DNA of 63,845 nt from an uncultured bacterium (GTDB taxonomy: Bacteria; Patescibacteriota; Microgenomatia; UBA1400; UBA12108). A program made the translations under genes and the position numbers. The stretch lies in NCBI GenBank assembly GCA_903945195.1, contig CAJAUT010000019.1, positions 1-63,845 on the forward strand, given 5' to 3'. Shown piece by piece: positions 1 through 9,828 of the stretch. The stretch's first letter is position 1; each line of letters opens with the position of its first letter. Under the pieces are notes generated by a model, which searched no databases, was not told where the DNA came from, and was given only the letters and a program-made list of their open reading frames with translations.

Positions 1-110
1 ACTTGGAACACCATTTTTTTTGCCATATTAATCTCCAGGTAGCTTAATTGTTTCTGATTATATCCTATCCATCCGTCAAATCACTCGATTTTACCAACGC
101 AAAATGTCAC

Positions 111-329
111 TTAACCCCCATTTACTTTTAAATCATTACGTAGTTCAGAGCGATGAAATACAAACGATTCTTTCTTAAAAAATTTAAGCTTCAATTTCTT
201 AAACTTTTCCGTCAATTTATTTCGCGTCTCTTGGTCTATTACTACACCAACAATAGCAAAGACTTTTGAGTCATCAGAATAATCCGCTTTCCCACACTCA
301 TCAATAAATATAAATGTTCTATCCATCAA
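111..329 (-). pseudogene. DUF3800-like N-terminal fragment, apparently truncated
   Basis: The ORF starts MDRTFIFIDECG...FAIVGVVI, the DESG-type N-terminal motif typical of DUF3800 proteins. GGAGG lies upstream at 340-344. The ORF stops after about 72 codons and all three downstream frames are closed. Confidence 0.3.
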
Positions 330-360
330 ATTAAATTATCCTCCTGTGGGGATAATTTAT

Positions 361-1824
361 CTAGATTTCTCCCACTTTACCACTCATCTCATCTCGCCAA
401 AAATCCATCTTGGCTTCAGGCATCAAGAATACTTTATCAGGCTTGAGCTCTTTGATAAATTCTTCGGTGTGAGACACAATGATCATTGTACCTTTATAAG
501 TTTTCAATGCTTCAAGTATCACCCTTTGCGACATAATATCCAAATACGTAGTTGGCTCATCGAGTATGAGCAAATTAGCGTCGGTTGAACAAAGCATAGC
601 TATTGCTAGGCGAGTCTTTTCGCCACCAGATAGTGTCCCCACTTTTTGATGGACCTTGTTGGCAGCAAACCCAAACTTACCTAAAAATGGTCTACAAAAA
701 GATTCCATCCGCTGACATTTGTCGCCAAACAGATTTAGCACCGATTTTTCCATGTCAAAGTTTTCAAATTCCTGAGAGTAATAACCTAGTTTATTCATAG
801 GATTCCACTCTACAATTCCCTCATCAGCCTTCATTTGGCCGATCAAGAGTTTAATAAGCGTCGACTTACCTACTCCATTTGGTCCAAGCATCGCAATTTT
901 TTCTCCTCGTCTAATGGAGAAATTTAAATGCTTCATTACTTGCAGTGTTTCAAAAGATTTGGAGATTGATCTAGCAGTAATCAAAATATCGCCACTTCTA
1001 GCTGGTTCAGGTAGCTGGATCTTGATACTTCGCACTTCAGGAGGCAGCTCGGGCAGTACATCCTTTAGTCTAGCAATGCGCTTTTTCATCACGATCCGCG
1101 CCTCTACTCCGATCACCTTCATTGCATGCTCAAGCTTCTCTATATGCTTCTGTTGTCCATGCACTTGTTTCTTAAATAGATTCTCAGCTTCTTTTTGCAG
1201 TTTAATATATTGAGTGTAATTGCCTTTGTATTCTTCAATGATATGCTTGTGTTTATTTACATACATCACTCTATCTATTGCCTTATCCATTAGCCCCATA
1301 TCATGAGAAATTAGGATCAAAGTCTTTGGATACTGGGCTAGCAGTCCCATCACCCATTTTTTACCCTCGATATCCATAAAGTTTGTCGGCTCATCCAGTA
1401 GCAACGTATCAGGCTCTTTAAAAAGTGCTCGCGCTAAGGCAAACTTGGTTTTTACTCCACCACTATATCCATGAGGTGGAGTGCTTAGATCTACTTCCCC
1501 TACCCCAAGCCCAGCAAATAGTTTGCAAATCTGATGTTCTTCAATAAGTCCGTCAGGATTGATATATTCCATGACCGATTTTGCTTTATCAAGTATTGGA
1601 TCTCGCTTTACTTCTTGTGGCACAAGCTCCATAGTCCCTGAAATTTTTAGCTCCCCTTCATCAGGGTATTCTTCGCCCATAAATAGTTTCAGGAGTGTGG
1701 ATTTGCCAGTTCCATTCTCCCCAACCAGTCCCACTTTTTGCCCGTCTTCAATCCGGAAACTCGCCTCAACCAAAAGAGGTTTCTCACCATAACTAAAACT
1801 AATGTCTGTCGCTCTGATACTCAT
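361..1824 (-). CDS. ABC-F family ATPase (two ABC cassettes, no membrane domain)
   Basis: Two Walker A motifs (GENGTGKST, GPNGVGKST), two signature motifs (YSGGVKTK, LSGGEKTR) and two Walker B motifs (LLLDEPTN, LILDEPTT), separated by a charged linker. Confidence 0.9.
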   Translation of the reverse strand: MSIRATDISFSYGEKPLLVEASFRIEDGQKVGLVGENGTGKSTLLKLFMGEEYPDEGELKISGTMELVPQEVKRDPILDKAKSVMEYINPDGLIEEHQICKLFAGLGVGEVDLSTPPHGYSGGVKTKFALARALFKEPDTLLLDEPTNFMDIEGKKWVMGLLAQYPKTLILISHDMGLMDKAIDRVMYVNKHKHIIEEYKGNYTQYIKLQKEAENLFKKQVHGQQKHIEKLEHAMKVIGVEARIVMKKRIARLKDVLPELPPEVRSIKIQLPEPARSGDILITARSISKSFETLQVMKHLNFSIRRGEKIAMLGPNGVGKSTLIKLLIGQMKADEGIVEWNPMNKLGYYSQEFENFDMEKSVLNLFGDKCQRMESFCRPFLGKFGFAANKVHQKVGTLSGGEKTRLAIAMLCSTDANLLILDEPTTYLDIMSQRVILEALKTYKGTMIIVSHTEEFIKELKPDKVFLMPEAKMDFWRDEMSGKVGEI

Positions 1825-1843
1825 CTGGACATTCTACAGTATA

Positions 1844-2257
1844 TCAAACAAGATCACTACTCTTTTTAATCATCAGTGCCAAGATAAAGGAGATAATCAT
1901 ATCAACCTGGCAGCCTATACATACAGGGCAAATTACATGGAGCATAAATAGCTCGACATATGCGATGTACATACAAAATACTAGTCCAAATGCTGCCATA
2001 GACAACACTAGTTTTTTACTCTTAATAATCGCGCCAAGCAAGATCATGGCATATCCCACGAGTCCATAAATTGGGGTAGGAATCCCTAGAGTCTTAGATA
2101 CTTCGCCTTTTATCACTGCATCACAGTTGACTGTGGCATTGATCGTACATGGGGTCCAAGCAGGCATCGTGATCTGCTCATACATGAGATACGACCCAAG
2201 CATCAGTCCAAATATTGCTAGCACCTTGATCCAGAAATACAGTTTTAAATTAGTCAT
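1844..2257 (-). CDS. Vitamin K epoxide reductase (VKOR) family membrane oxidoreductase
   Basis: Multi-TM protein with a loop Cys pair (CTINATVNC), the SKTLGIPTPIYG motif and a CPVC redox motif in a late TM helix. Confidence 0.7.
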   Translation of the reverse strand: MTNLKLYFWIKVLAIFGLMLGSYLMYEQITMPAWTPCTINATVNCDAVIKGEVSKTLGIPTPIYGLVGYAMILLGAIIKSKKLVLSMAAFGLVFCMYIAYVELFMLHVICPVCIGCQVDMIISFILALMIKKSSDLV

Positions 2258-2274
2258 AGTTAAATCTTACACCA

Positions 2275-2655
2275 TTATTTACTATTTAACATTGCCATTG
2301 TAGCCATTATCATACCTTTCATTCCTCGAATCGAAATCCCAATTTCAAATCCTCTGACTAGCCATCCCAAAGCTATTCCAATAGTGTTTTCAGGCGTATC
2401 CATAGACTGTACTATTGGCTCGGTAAGCATCAATAAAAGCGGCGGTGCTACAAAGCATAAAGCAGACAATAAACCTTCCGTGACAACTTCATCCATCCAG
2501 TTGGGGACATCTTCAGTATCATCATTAGCCCAATCTCTCACTCTATTTATGCCTAAATCAGCTAAATAAATTCCTCCAATAACACCCCCTCCTAAGCTAG
2601 CAAGCCCTACTTTAGCAGTTAAATCACTCATTGACTCAGTCATGTCTATCATCAA
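2275..2655 (-). CDS. hypothetical membrane protein
   Basis: 126-aa ORF with Gly-rich and hydrophobic segments. No motif recognised. Confidence 0.45.
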   Translation of the reverse strand: MMIDMTESMSDLTAKVGLASLGGGVIGGIYLADLGINRVRDWANDDTEDVPNWMDEVVTEGLLSALCFVAPPLLLMLTEPIVQSMDTPENTIGIALGWLVRGFEIGISIRGMKGMIMATMAMLNSK

Positions 2656-2691
2656 ATTTAATAATACAGGGTTTTTTGATAAAATATACTT

Positions 2692-3120
2692 ATGGGTTAT
2701 ACAAATAAAGAAATAATTTCAGATGCAGTGGCTTCTGGTGCAAGCGTCCTAGGATTAGTTGGAGATATTGTGTCTCAAACTGGATCTAGACATTCTCTTC
2801 CAGATTTTTACCAAGAGTCAGCTGGTAGCTTCGGTTTTCCATGGCTCATAGTTGTAGGTTCTAACCTACTTGGTGAAGCATGCATAGACAATGGTACTAA
2901 AAATAACAATCAAAAAATGGTAAATACAGGTCATCAATTAAAAGGAATAGGATTAGGTTTAGCTATCGGTTTAGCGTTCATGGTTGAAGCCCAATTTATC
3001 AATCGTCCAGAATTATGGCAAGAAAACGCTCCAGACATGATCGTAGGATTGATTGCTATAACAATAGCAGCGAAAGTAAACAAAATGATCAATAAATCAT
3101 TGTTTCCCAACAACTCTTAA
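2692..3120 (+). CDS. hypothetical membrane protein
   Basis: 142-aa ORF divergent from 2275-2655 with hydrophobic Gly-rich segments. No motif recognised. Confidence 0.45.
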   Translation: MGYTNKEIISDAVASGASVLGLVGDIVSQTGSRHSLPDFYQESAGSFGFPWLIVVGSNLLGEACIDNGTKNNNQKMVNTGHQLKGIGLGLAIGLAFMVEAQFINRPELWQENAPDMIVGLIAITIAAKVNKMINKSLFPNNS

Positions 3121-3155
3121 TCGTATTTTAATCTCCTCGTGCTAAACTATTTCTC

Positions 3156-4526
3156 ATGGACAGCTTTACTTTGGTTATTTTTGGCATCACAAGCAATCTA
3201 GCTCAGATCAAGCTCATCCCTACCCTCTACGATCTAGTCGCAGGCGGTGCCATAGACTCTGATTTCTCAGTCATCGGAGTAGGTCGCACACCCATGGACC
3301 AATCTCAGTTCAATAGCTTTATCTCAAAGACCTTGCGCACCCCCAATCGCCACCACACACACTCTATAGATGGAAAAATTGAATCAACTCTGCTAACCAA
3401 ACTACATTACCTCCCAGCCGACCTCACAGATCCAAAAAGTTATGAGCAACTCAAAAACAAAATCACTACCCTAAGACACAAAAATCTCATGATCTATTTG
3501 GCCACCTTCCCCTCCCTCTACAGCACTATCTTCAACGAACTCCACTCTGCAGGTCTAACTACTTCATCTGTAGATTCCTGGACTCGTGTCATGATCGAAA
3601 AGCCAATTGGCTCCGATAGATCATCTGCCGCCGAAGTAAACAATTTGATCACCAAATATTTCAAGGAAAATCAGATCTTTAGACTAGATCACTATCTAGG
3701 AAAAGAAACTCTTCAAAACATTCTTACTTTTAGATTTGGCAATGGCATCCTCGAGCCTCTCATGACCAGTGAGCATATAGATCATATCGAAGTTACGGCC
3801 AGCGAAGATTTTGGCATTGGCAGTCGTGGTAGCTACTACGACCAAAATGGAGCCATCAAAGATGTTGGTCAAAATCATCTACTGCAAATGATTGCCCTAG
3901 CCACCATGGACAAGCCTACAGAGATGTCGAGTGAAGCGATCACCAAAGAGCGAGTCAAAGTATTACAAAACCTAGTTTGTGATCCTAGTTCTCTAGTAAC
4001 CGGACAATATGAGGGATATCTAACAGAAAAAGACGTAGCTCCAAACTCTACGGAAGAAACTTATTTTTCATTCAAAACTATGTTAAACACCGATCGCTTC
4101 CGCGGTGTCCCTATCTATGTCCGAGGTGGTAAATTTCTGGCTCGCACCGCCACCGAAGTTGCGATAATCTTCAAAGATTCTCCAAATGTCCTGATCTATC
4201 GCATCCAACCAAATGAAGGAATCGTGTTAAAAATCATGACCAAAAAACCAGGCCATACACTGGAACTAGAAGAATCCTATATGCAATTTTGCTATCCACA
4301 TGATGTAGATTTGCCAGATGCCTACGAAAAACTCATCATCGATGCGCTCCGTGGCGACCAGACTTATTTCAACGATACAAATGAGGTAGACGCACAGTGG
4401 GCCTTTACCGACCCACTCATTGAGGCCAAACACGGTATGACCCCTGCCATCTATGCCAAAGGTTCTTGGGGACCAAAAGACGATATCAACTGGCTCGAAC
4501 CCTCAACAGCCTTTTGTTCAATCTAA
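3156..4526 (+). CDS. zwf: glucose-6-phosphate 1-dehydrogenase
   Basis: Carries the G6PD signatures EKPIG and FRLDHYLGKE. The 456-aa length fits. Confidence 0.92.
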   Translation: MDSFTLVIFGITSNLAQIKLIPTLYDLVAGGAIDSDFSVIGVGRTPMDQSQFNSFISKTLRTPNRHHTHSIDGKIESTLLTKLHYLPADLTDPKSYEQLKNKITTLRHKNLMIYLATFPSLYSTIFNELHSAGLTTSSVDSWTRVMIEKPIGSDRSSAAEVNNLITKYFKENQIFRLDHYLGKETLQNILTFRFGNGILEPLMTSEHIDHIEVTASEDFGIGSRGSYYDQNGAIKDVGQNHLLQMIALATMDKPTEMSSEAITKERVKVLQNLVCDPSSLVTGQYEGYLTEKDVAPNSTEETYFSFKTMLNTDRFRGVPIYVRGGKFLARTATEVAIIFKDSPNVLIYRIQPNEGIVLKIMTKKPGHTLELEESYMQFCYPHDVDLPDAYEKLIIDALRGDQTYFNDTNEVDAQWAFTDPLIEAKHGMTPAIYAKGSWGPKDDINWLEPSTAFCSI

Positions 4527-4548
4527 CTTGATAAACCTGACGAACTTT

Positions 4549-5427
4549 TTACTTTTTACTTACTAGGTGCCCACCAAACTTGCCCCTCATCGCCGAAACA
4601 GTTTTGTCCCGGAAGCTCTCGGACTCTTTAGTTGAACGCTTTCTTACTTCAAGTGATTCCTTGATGATTGGCACTTCTATTCCTAGTTCTTTTGCAGCAT
4701 CCACTGTCCACTCACCTTCCCCAGTATGGTCAATTTTAGAAGAAATCATATCTAGATTTGGATCCTCAGCTAGCGCTTCCTGTGTCCAGCCCACGAGCCT
4801 CGATACTATCACCGAATTGTGGTTGTACAGCTCAAATACCTCTGCCATGTCATACTCAAACTCACTAGCTTTTAGTACTGCTGCTCCTTCTGCAATAGCC
4901 TGCATCATGCCGTATTCAATACCGTTGTGCACCATCTTAGCAAAATGGCCAGCTCCAGTTTTCCCAAAATATTTAAAAGAATTCGGCGCAGACACTGCCA
5001 CCCACAATGGCATTAGTTCTTCAAATTTTGCTTTGTCACCTCCAATTAGCAAACACGCCCCGTCTCTTGCCCCTTTAGGTCCCCCCGATACTCCTATGTC
5101 CATATATCCGATTCCATCTTTCTTTAGATCTTCGACTCTGCGGATATCATCTTTGTAATTAGAATTTGCCCCATCAATTATCAAATCACCTGCAGATAGC
5201 AAAGGACGGACCTTTGTTATCATCTCATCCACGATCGTCCCGGCTGGTAGCATGAGCCATATCACTCTTTTGCCAGGATCCAGCTGCTTGATCATCTCCT
5301 CCACGCTATCTACATTTGAGACTTCATTTGGCGTTCTATTCCATGAGAGCACCTCTATTCCCTTTTCTCGCATGGACAACACTAGTCCTTTACCCATTTT
5401 CCCTAGACCTACAAATCCTATTTTCAT
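4549..5427 (-). CDS. gnd: 6-phosphogluconate dehydrogenase, short (YqeC/Gnd-like) form
   Basis: N-terminal Rossmann motif GFVGLGKMG and the GAGHFAKMVHNGIEYGMMQ block typical of 6PGDH. Convergent with zwf. Confidence 0.85.
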   Translation of the reverse strand: MKIGFVGLGKMGKGLVLSMREKGIEVLSWNRTPNEVSNVDSVEEMIKQLDPGKRVIWLMLPAGTIVDEMITKVRPLLSAGDLIIDGANSNYKDDIRRVEDLKKDGIGYMDIGVSGGPKGARDGACLLIGGDKAKFEELMPLWVAVSAPNSFKYFGKTGAGHFAKMVHNGIEYGMMQAIAEGAAVLKASEFEYDMAEVFELYNHNSVIVSRLVGWTQEALAEDPNLDMISSKIDHTGEGEWTVDAAKELGIEVPIIKESLEVRKRSTKESESFRDKTVSAMRGKFGGHLVSKK

Positions 5428-5454
5428 ATCTTTAGTTTACTCCATGCATATTAA

Positions 5455-6429
5455 CTAATGATTAAGACTAGCAAAAAATTCTAGATCCCGCATCACCACG
5501 CTGTCCCAATTAGGTTTCATATTATGATCAGCCCCTGGGTACACAAAATAATTTACCGTCTTTTCTTTACCTTTTAAAGCTTTGGAGAGATTATCACTCC
5601 ACACTTTAGGCACCGCCTCGTCCAAGGATCCTTGATGGATCTGAATGGGTATATTGATCCAGTCTAGATATCTATCTATCGAATAGTTAAACACGTCATA
5701 CTCTTTTTCAAACTCAGATATTTGTCCACGTAGCCACTTACCGCTATCGCTAGCATCATCGGTATAGTAAAGAATATTGTACGGAAATGGCTTACTTACC
5801 GGCGCCCACAATGTCACCGCTTTTACCTGCGAGGACTGTCCTTGCAGGCTCGGTTCCCTTTTACCCAAAATTTCGGCTACCGAGATCATGATCTGCCCAC
5901 CGTTTGAGTGTCCCCATAGAAATATCGGGAGTTTCGTCGTGGCCTGCACACTCGCAATCATATCGAGTATCTCAACAGGCTTTACTAGCCTAGCCCCTAG
6001 CGCACTTTCATCTTCTGGATCAGATTCCCCGTATCCAGAAAAATCGGGAGCATAGGTAGTGTAGCCACGTTCACTAAAATATTTCGCAGCATTGTGAGTC
6101 CCTATCCCCGTTCGATATCCCTCTTTCTCCACATACCCCCTCGCCATCACCACTACACCTACATGGTCGGACCCTACAGGCCTATTTGTCTCTCCGCTAA
6201 TCCTTCTACCCTCACTCTTGAAATAAAATTTATTTCCCACAACCTCGATCTTGCTCACTACTCCCCCGCGTTTAGCCAGATTCTCAAAACTATACTTCTC
6301 ATATGGCTTCTCTTTTATCACTTCCTCACCCTTTGGAGTTAGTAGATCCTCTCCTCGGCCGGCAATTCCCCACCATAGCCCTACAACCACAAAAACAAAA
6401 AATATGACCAGGCTAATTTTTGATCGCAC
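5455..6429 (-). CDS. alpha/beta hydrolase with N-terminal membrane anchor
   Basis: N-terminal TM helix, nucleophile-elbow motif GHSNGG and a C-terminal GADH block. The fold resembles dienelactone hydrolases and S9 peptidases. Confidence 0.65.
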   Translation of the reverse strand: MRSKISLVIFFVFVVVGLWWGIAGRGEDLLTPKGEEVIKEKPYEKYSFENLAKRGGVVSKIEVVGNKFYFKSEGRRISGETNRPVGSDHVGVVVMARGYVEKEGYRTGIGTHNAAKYFSERGYTTYAPDFSGYGESDPEDESALGARLVKPVEILDMIASVQATTKLPIFLWGHSNGGQIMISVAEILGKREPSLQGQSSQVKAVTLWAPVSKPFPYNILYYTDDASDSGKWLRGQISEFEKEYDVFNYSIDRYLDWINIPIQIHQGSLDEAVPKVWSDNLSKALKGKEKTVNYFVYPGADHNMKPNWDSVVMRDLEFFASLNH

Positions 6430-7843
6430 GGGTCCTACCCCCTTTATCCTCTAGGTGATATCCCAGCTTTTCGATATCTTGCCTTATCTTGTCAGCTTCA
6501 TCATAATTTCTCATCTTGCGCATGTTCTCCCTCTGTTCTATCAGCTTCTCGATATTTTCTGGGATTGCAGCACCATCTTTACTGATAGGTTTATCAAGTT
6601 GTAAACCTAGTACTCGATCAAACTGCATCATCATGTCTACCTTGTCATAATTTGGGATATTAGATTTAGCCATTTCCCATAGGACGGCTAGAGCCTCACT
6701 CATATTCAAATCATTTTCTATGGCCGCTGTAAATTTATTCTGAAAAGCCTCGATTTTCTCCATCTTTTCTTCCGACAAGCTCACCCTCTCCACCCCGTCT
6801 ACCTTGGTGTTTTGGTAAAGCTCTCTAAGCTTGGTCAAAGCAGTTGCGGCTGAAGCAAGACTATCCCAGGTAAAGTTGATTTGTTTACGATAATGCCCTG
6901 TCAGATAAAAATAGCGTAACGCGAGAGGATCTATGCCTTTAGCAGCTATGTCTGCGATCGTGTAAGCATTGCCTAGCGACTTGCCCATACGACCTCCATC
7001 AACTAGCAGGAATGCCCCGTGCACCCAAGTCTTTACAAAAGGTTTCTTGCCCGTTGCCCCTTCTGCCTGAGCGATCTCATTTGGGTGGTGAGTACTACGC
7101 AAATCTTCGCCTCCAGCATGGATATCAAACTGGTCACCCAGATATTTGGTAGACATAGCGGAACACTCTATATGCCAGCCGGGAAATCCTACTCCCCATG
7201 GGGACTCCCACTCCATCTGACGCTTGGTGCCATCAGAGGGTGAAAATTTCCACAAAGCAAAATCTCGTGGATTCTTTTTCTCTGGATTAGGCTCTAGTCG
7301 TGCCCCTTTCTTCATCTCATCTAGATTAGATAGCTCGCCGTATGTAAAACCCTTTGCCTCAAATGCTAAGGTATCAAAGTATATGCCATCTGATATTTTG
7401 TAAGTCAAACCATTGCTTTCTAGCTGTTGCACCATCACGATCTGTTCAGGGATATGATCCGTTGCTTTACATACGACCGTTGGCATCTCGATATTCATCA
7501 TCTTCATCTGAGCCATAAACTCATCGCTATATCCTTTGGCAATATCCCAAGCCGTCTTACCTTCTTTTTTAGAAGCTTTTTCTAGTCTATCTTCACCCTG
7601 ACTACTATCTCCCTCATTATCCCCGGTGAGGTGTCCTACATCAGTCAGATTCATCACTAGTTTGACTTCGTAGCCTACATACCTTAGCGCTCTAGCCAGT
7701 ACATCAGACAATGTGTAAGTACGAAAATTGCCGATGGTCGCAGTTGAATAAACAGTTGGACCGCAAGTGTACATCCCAATCTTGCCAGCCTCTATAGGAA
7801 CAATCTCTTCTACCTGTCTACTGAGTGAGTTATATAGTTTCAT
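6413..7843 (-). CDS. cysS: cysteine--tRNA ligase
   Basis: Class I aaRS with a HIGH-region variant (ATIGNFRTY) and KMGKS (KMSKS-type), plus a typical CysRS core (WHIECSAM). Confidence 0.95.
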   Translation of the reverse strand: MKLYNSLSRQVEEIVPIEAGKIGMYTCGPTVYSTATIGNFRTYTLSDVLARALRYVGYEVKLVMNLTDVGHLTGDNEGDSSQGEDRLEKASKKEGKTAWDIAKGYSDEFMAQMKMMNIEMPTVVCKATDHIPEQIVMVQQLESNGLTYKISDGIYFDTLAFEAKGFTYGELSNLDEMKKGARLEPNPEKKNPRDFALWKFSPSDGTKRQMEWESPWGVGFPGWHIECSAMSTKYLGDQFDIHAGGEDLRSTHHPNEIAQAEGATGKKPFVKTWVHGAFLLVDGGRMGKSLGNAYTIADIAAKGIDPLALRYFYLTGHYRKQINFTWDSLASAATALTKLRELYQNTKVDGVERVSLSEEKMEKIEAFQNKFTAAIENDLNMSEALAVLWEMAKSNIPNYDKVDMMMQFDRVLGLQLDKPISKDGAAIPENIEKLIEQRENMRKMRNYDEADKIRQDIEKLGYHLEDKGGRTRAIKN

Positions 7844-7858
7844 ATCTGTATCTTACCA

Positions 7859-8359
7859 TTAGCCAGCACCCCACGCCTTGTTTTCTGCGCTTGCCTCTCC
7901 TTTAGCTGCTTTAAGCCCGATATCTTCCTGCTGCTTCTTCTGGAACTCAAACTCTTTCTTTTGTTCCTCTTTCTTCTCTTCGACCTTCTTCCTTTGCTCT
8001 TCTTTTTGCTCAAACTCCATCCTGGCTTTCTGCATCCCACCCTCGATAGTCGTATCAAGTCCCCACTCTCGCACGAGCTTGCCGCGAATCATCGCTAGTT
8101 CTTTATCATCTTTTTGACCAGACAAATCTTGGTACTTAGTGAAGTCATCTTGATTTGCAAACCCAGCTTTATGTAGATCTGCCATTGGATCAGCCTGCCC
8201 GCCTGACTGCGAAGCTGTCGGCTGGGCTGGAGTTTGCCCTTTTTCGTTCTGCTGTCCCACCGCGTCCTTTATCACCTCCATGGGCTCGCTCACCACAGTC
8301 TTTACAATGTGCTTACCCAGTCCAGCTAAATTTTGTCCCACGTTTTGCCAAATACCCAT
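7859..8359 (-). CDS. hypothetical protein with E/K-rich C-terminal half
   Basis: 166-aa ORF with a low-complexity charged tail. No motif recognised. Confidence 0.45.
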   Translation of the reverse strand: MGIWQNVGQNLAGLGKHIVKTVVSEPMEVIKDAVGQQNEKGQTPAQPTASQSGGQADPMADLHKAGFANQDDFTKYQDLSGQKDDKELAMIRGKLVREWGLDTTIEGGMQKARMEFEQKEEQRKKVEEKKEEQKKEFEFQKKQQEDIGLKAAKGEASAENKAWGAG

Positions 8360-8386
8360 ACATATAACTATACCCTATGTATTAAA

Positions 8387-8490
8387 GGTTTGATCTTGTA
8401 GGTTGCAAGCTAATTCAAAACCTACTAGGTCAGACCTTGAAGGTGTATTTCAAATATTTTGAAGACCAGGTCAGACCCTAAAGGATATTT
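8387..8490. repeat. GGTCAGACC-core palindromic repeat, locus R1
   Basis: Degenerate left arm GGTTTGATCTTGTAG (8387-8401) pairs with CTACTAGGTCAGACC (8422-8436). A second AGGTCAGACC unit lies at 8468-8477. The locus ends at the stop codon of 8491-8703. Confidence 0.6.
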
Positions 8491-8703
8491 TTACCCCAGC
8501 TTCATCTTCGCAAGAACCAATAGAAGCACGATGATCGTCGTAAACAAAAAGGTCTTGATCAAATCTTTGACCACGTATTCACTGGATAAATAGCTAAATT
8601 CATTTGCATCTTTGATGGCTGTGCGCTCACTCGCTGCAATACTAAAATTTTTCAATCTATATCCACTTTCGATCTTTTCTGCTCTTGTTTTGTTACGCGC
8701 CAT
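8491..8703 (-). CDS. small tail-anchored hypothetical protein
   Basis: 70-aa ORF with a single C-terminal TM helix (LFTTIIVLLLVLA). Tightly spaced after 8705-9304. Confidence 0.4.
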   Translation of the reverse strand: MARNKTRAEKIESGYRLKNFSIAASERTAIKDANEFSYLSSEYVVKDLIKTFLFTTIIVLLLVLAKMKLG

Positions 8704-8704
8704 A

Positions 8705-9304
8705 CTACTTTAAAGTTTCTTCGTAATCTTTATCAGCCTGCATTTCATTCTCGATCAATTTACGCAAAAATACAGCTCTTGGAATTCGTTTTTTCTGAGC
8801 TACCCAATCTAGATATCTTCCAATTTGCGGAGAGATGAAAAAGTTAAACCTTACATCTTGCGTAGCCAAAGCATAATCAAAAGCATTTGCCAAAACTTGC
8901 TCGAGATCATATGTAGTATAAGGCAGGATAGTCAATTTATCGTCTACCCTTCCCCTAAGAAAAAATGGATCTCTGCCAGATTTATACAATGCAATCACTG
9001 GCTTACCTAAATCTAGGGCATATGTGAGCTCATGACCTACATTCGCCGTGGAAGGATACGAAGTCTCAACGACTACAACATCCGCCTCTCTTACTTTTGA
9101 GATAGATTCTTTATACCACTCTTCTCTTTTCTTTTGATCTTCTACAAAATTGGCAGTGTCATGTTTTTTATCAAATAAAGTTCCAGAATAAACTGTATAA
9201 CCTCTATCATCTAAAACCTTTTTAATACGGTTGTAGAATTCACTCAGCTCACTTGCCTGAGAGTGTGATGCAACAAAAGCTACTTTCATATTATTTTCCT
9301 CCAA
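8705..9304 (-). CDS. nucleoside 2-deoxyribosyltransferase-like domain protein with ribbon-helix-helix-like tail
   Basis: The block ADVVVVETSYPSTANVGHELTYALDLGKPVIALY matches the NDT/Rcl-like pattern and is paralogous to the N-terminus of 30818-31927. The C-terminal RFNFFISPQIGRYLDWVAQKKRIPRAVFLRKLIENE looks RHH-like. Confidence 0.55.
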   Translation of the reverse strand: MEENNMKVAFVASHSQASELSEFYNRIKKVLDDRGYTVYSGTLFDKKHDTANFVEDQKKREEWYKESISKVREADVVVVETSYPSTANVGHELTYALDLGKPVIALYKSGRDPFFLRGRVDDKLTILPYTTYDLEQVLANAFDYALATQDVRFNFFISPQIGRYLDWVAQKKRIPRAVFLRKLIENEMQADKDYEETLK

Positions 9305-9306
9305 TA

Positions 9307-9819
9307 TCAGTATTCTATCAGATTATTAAATTCTTCAATTATTTCAACATCTGATTTGTCTATATTTCGTAAAACTTTATGAGGGATTTTTGGAGCTTCA
9401 AATTCAGCCCATACAAACTCAAAAACATTCTCATCTACTACATGGTCTTCTTTTTTCATTCTCTTGCGCATTCTTTCGAAGGCAATATCTCTAGATGCAT
9501 GGATCATAATATACTCAATTTGAGAATCAAAATATTTCATAAATTCTGATCTATTTTTTTCTTTTGTAAATGCCTCAGCAATCACCAAATCTTTAGAGCT
9601 ATTAGTAGACAACATATGCTGGACTGTCATTATCAGTTTTTTTACAAATCTATCTCTCACAGTCTGATCATACTTACCACTCTCTAGCAGATATCGAAGC
9701 TCATCGTCATTTGAATATATCGTGTCCGCATCAAAAAAATGCCACTTTTTATGCTTGGCAAGCAATCCTCCGATATAAGTCTTGCCTACCCCGGGTGGAC
9801 CAAAAAGCACATATATCAT
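9307..9819 (-). CDS. P-loop kinase (gluconokinase/shikimate-kinase-like)
   Basis: Walker A GPPGVGKT followed by FFDADTIYS...DQTVRDRF, a layout seen in gluconokinase-type small kinases. Confidence 0.65.
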   Translation of the reverse strand: MIYVLFGPPGVGKTYIGGLLAKHKKWHFFDADTIYSNDDELRYLLESGKYDQTVRDRFVKKLIMTVQHMLSTNSSKDLVIAEAFTKEKNRSEFMKYFDSQIEYIMIHASRDIAFERMRKRMKKEDHVVDENVFEFVWAEFEAPKIPHKVLRNIDKSDVEIIEEFNNLIEY

Positions 9820-9828
9820 AAGGAAATT

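Noticed and set aside
4580-5158. 192-aa plus-strand ORF opposite gnd
   Set aside because: Antisense shadow ORF of a well-supported 6PGDH gene. Low-complexity S/P/L composition.
7840-8058. 72-aa extremely K/R/S-rich ORF
   Set aside because: It is an out-of-frame reading of the E/K-rich repeat region of 7859-8359 and overlaps the cysS start. It is a low-complexity artefact.
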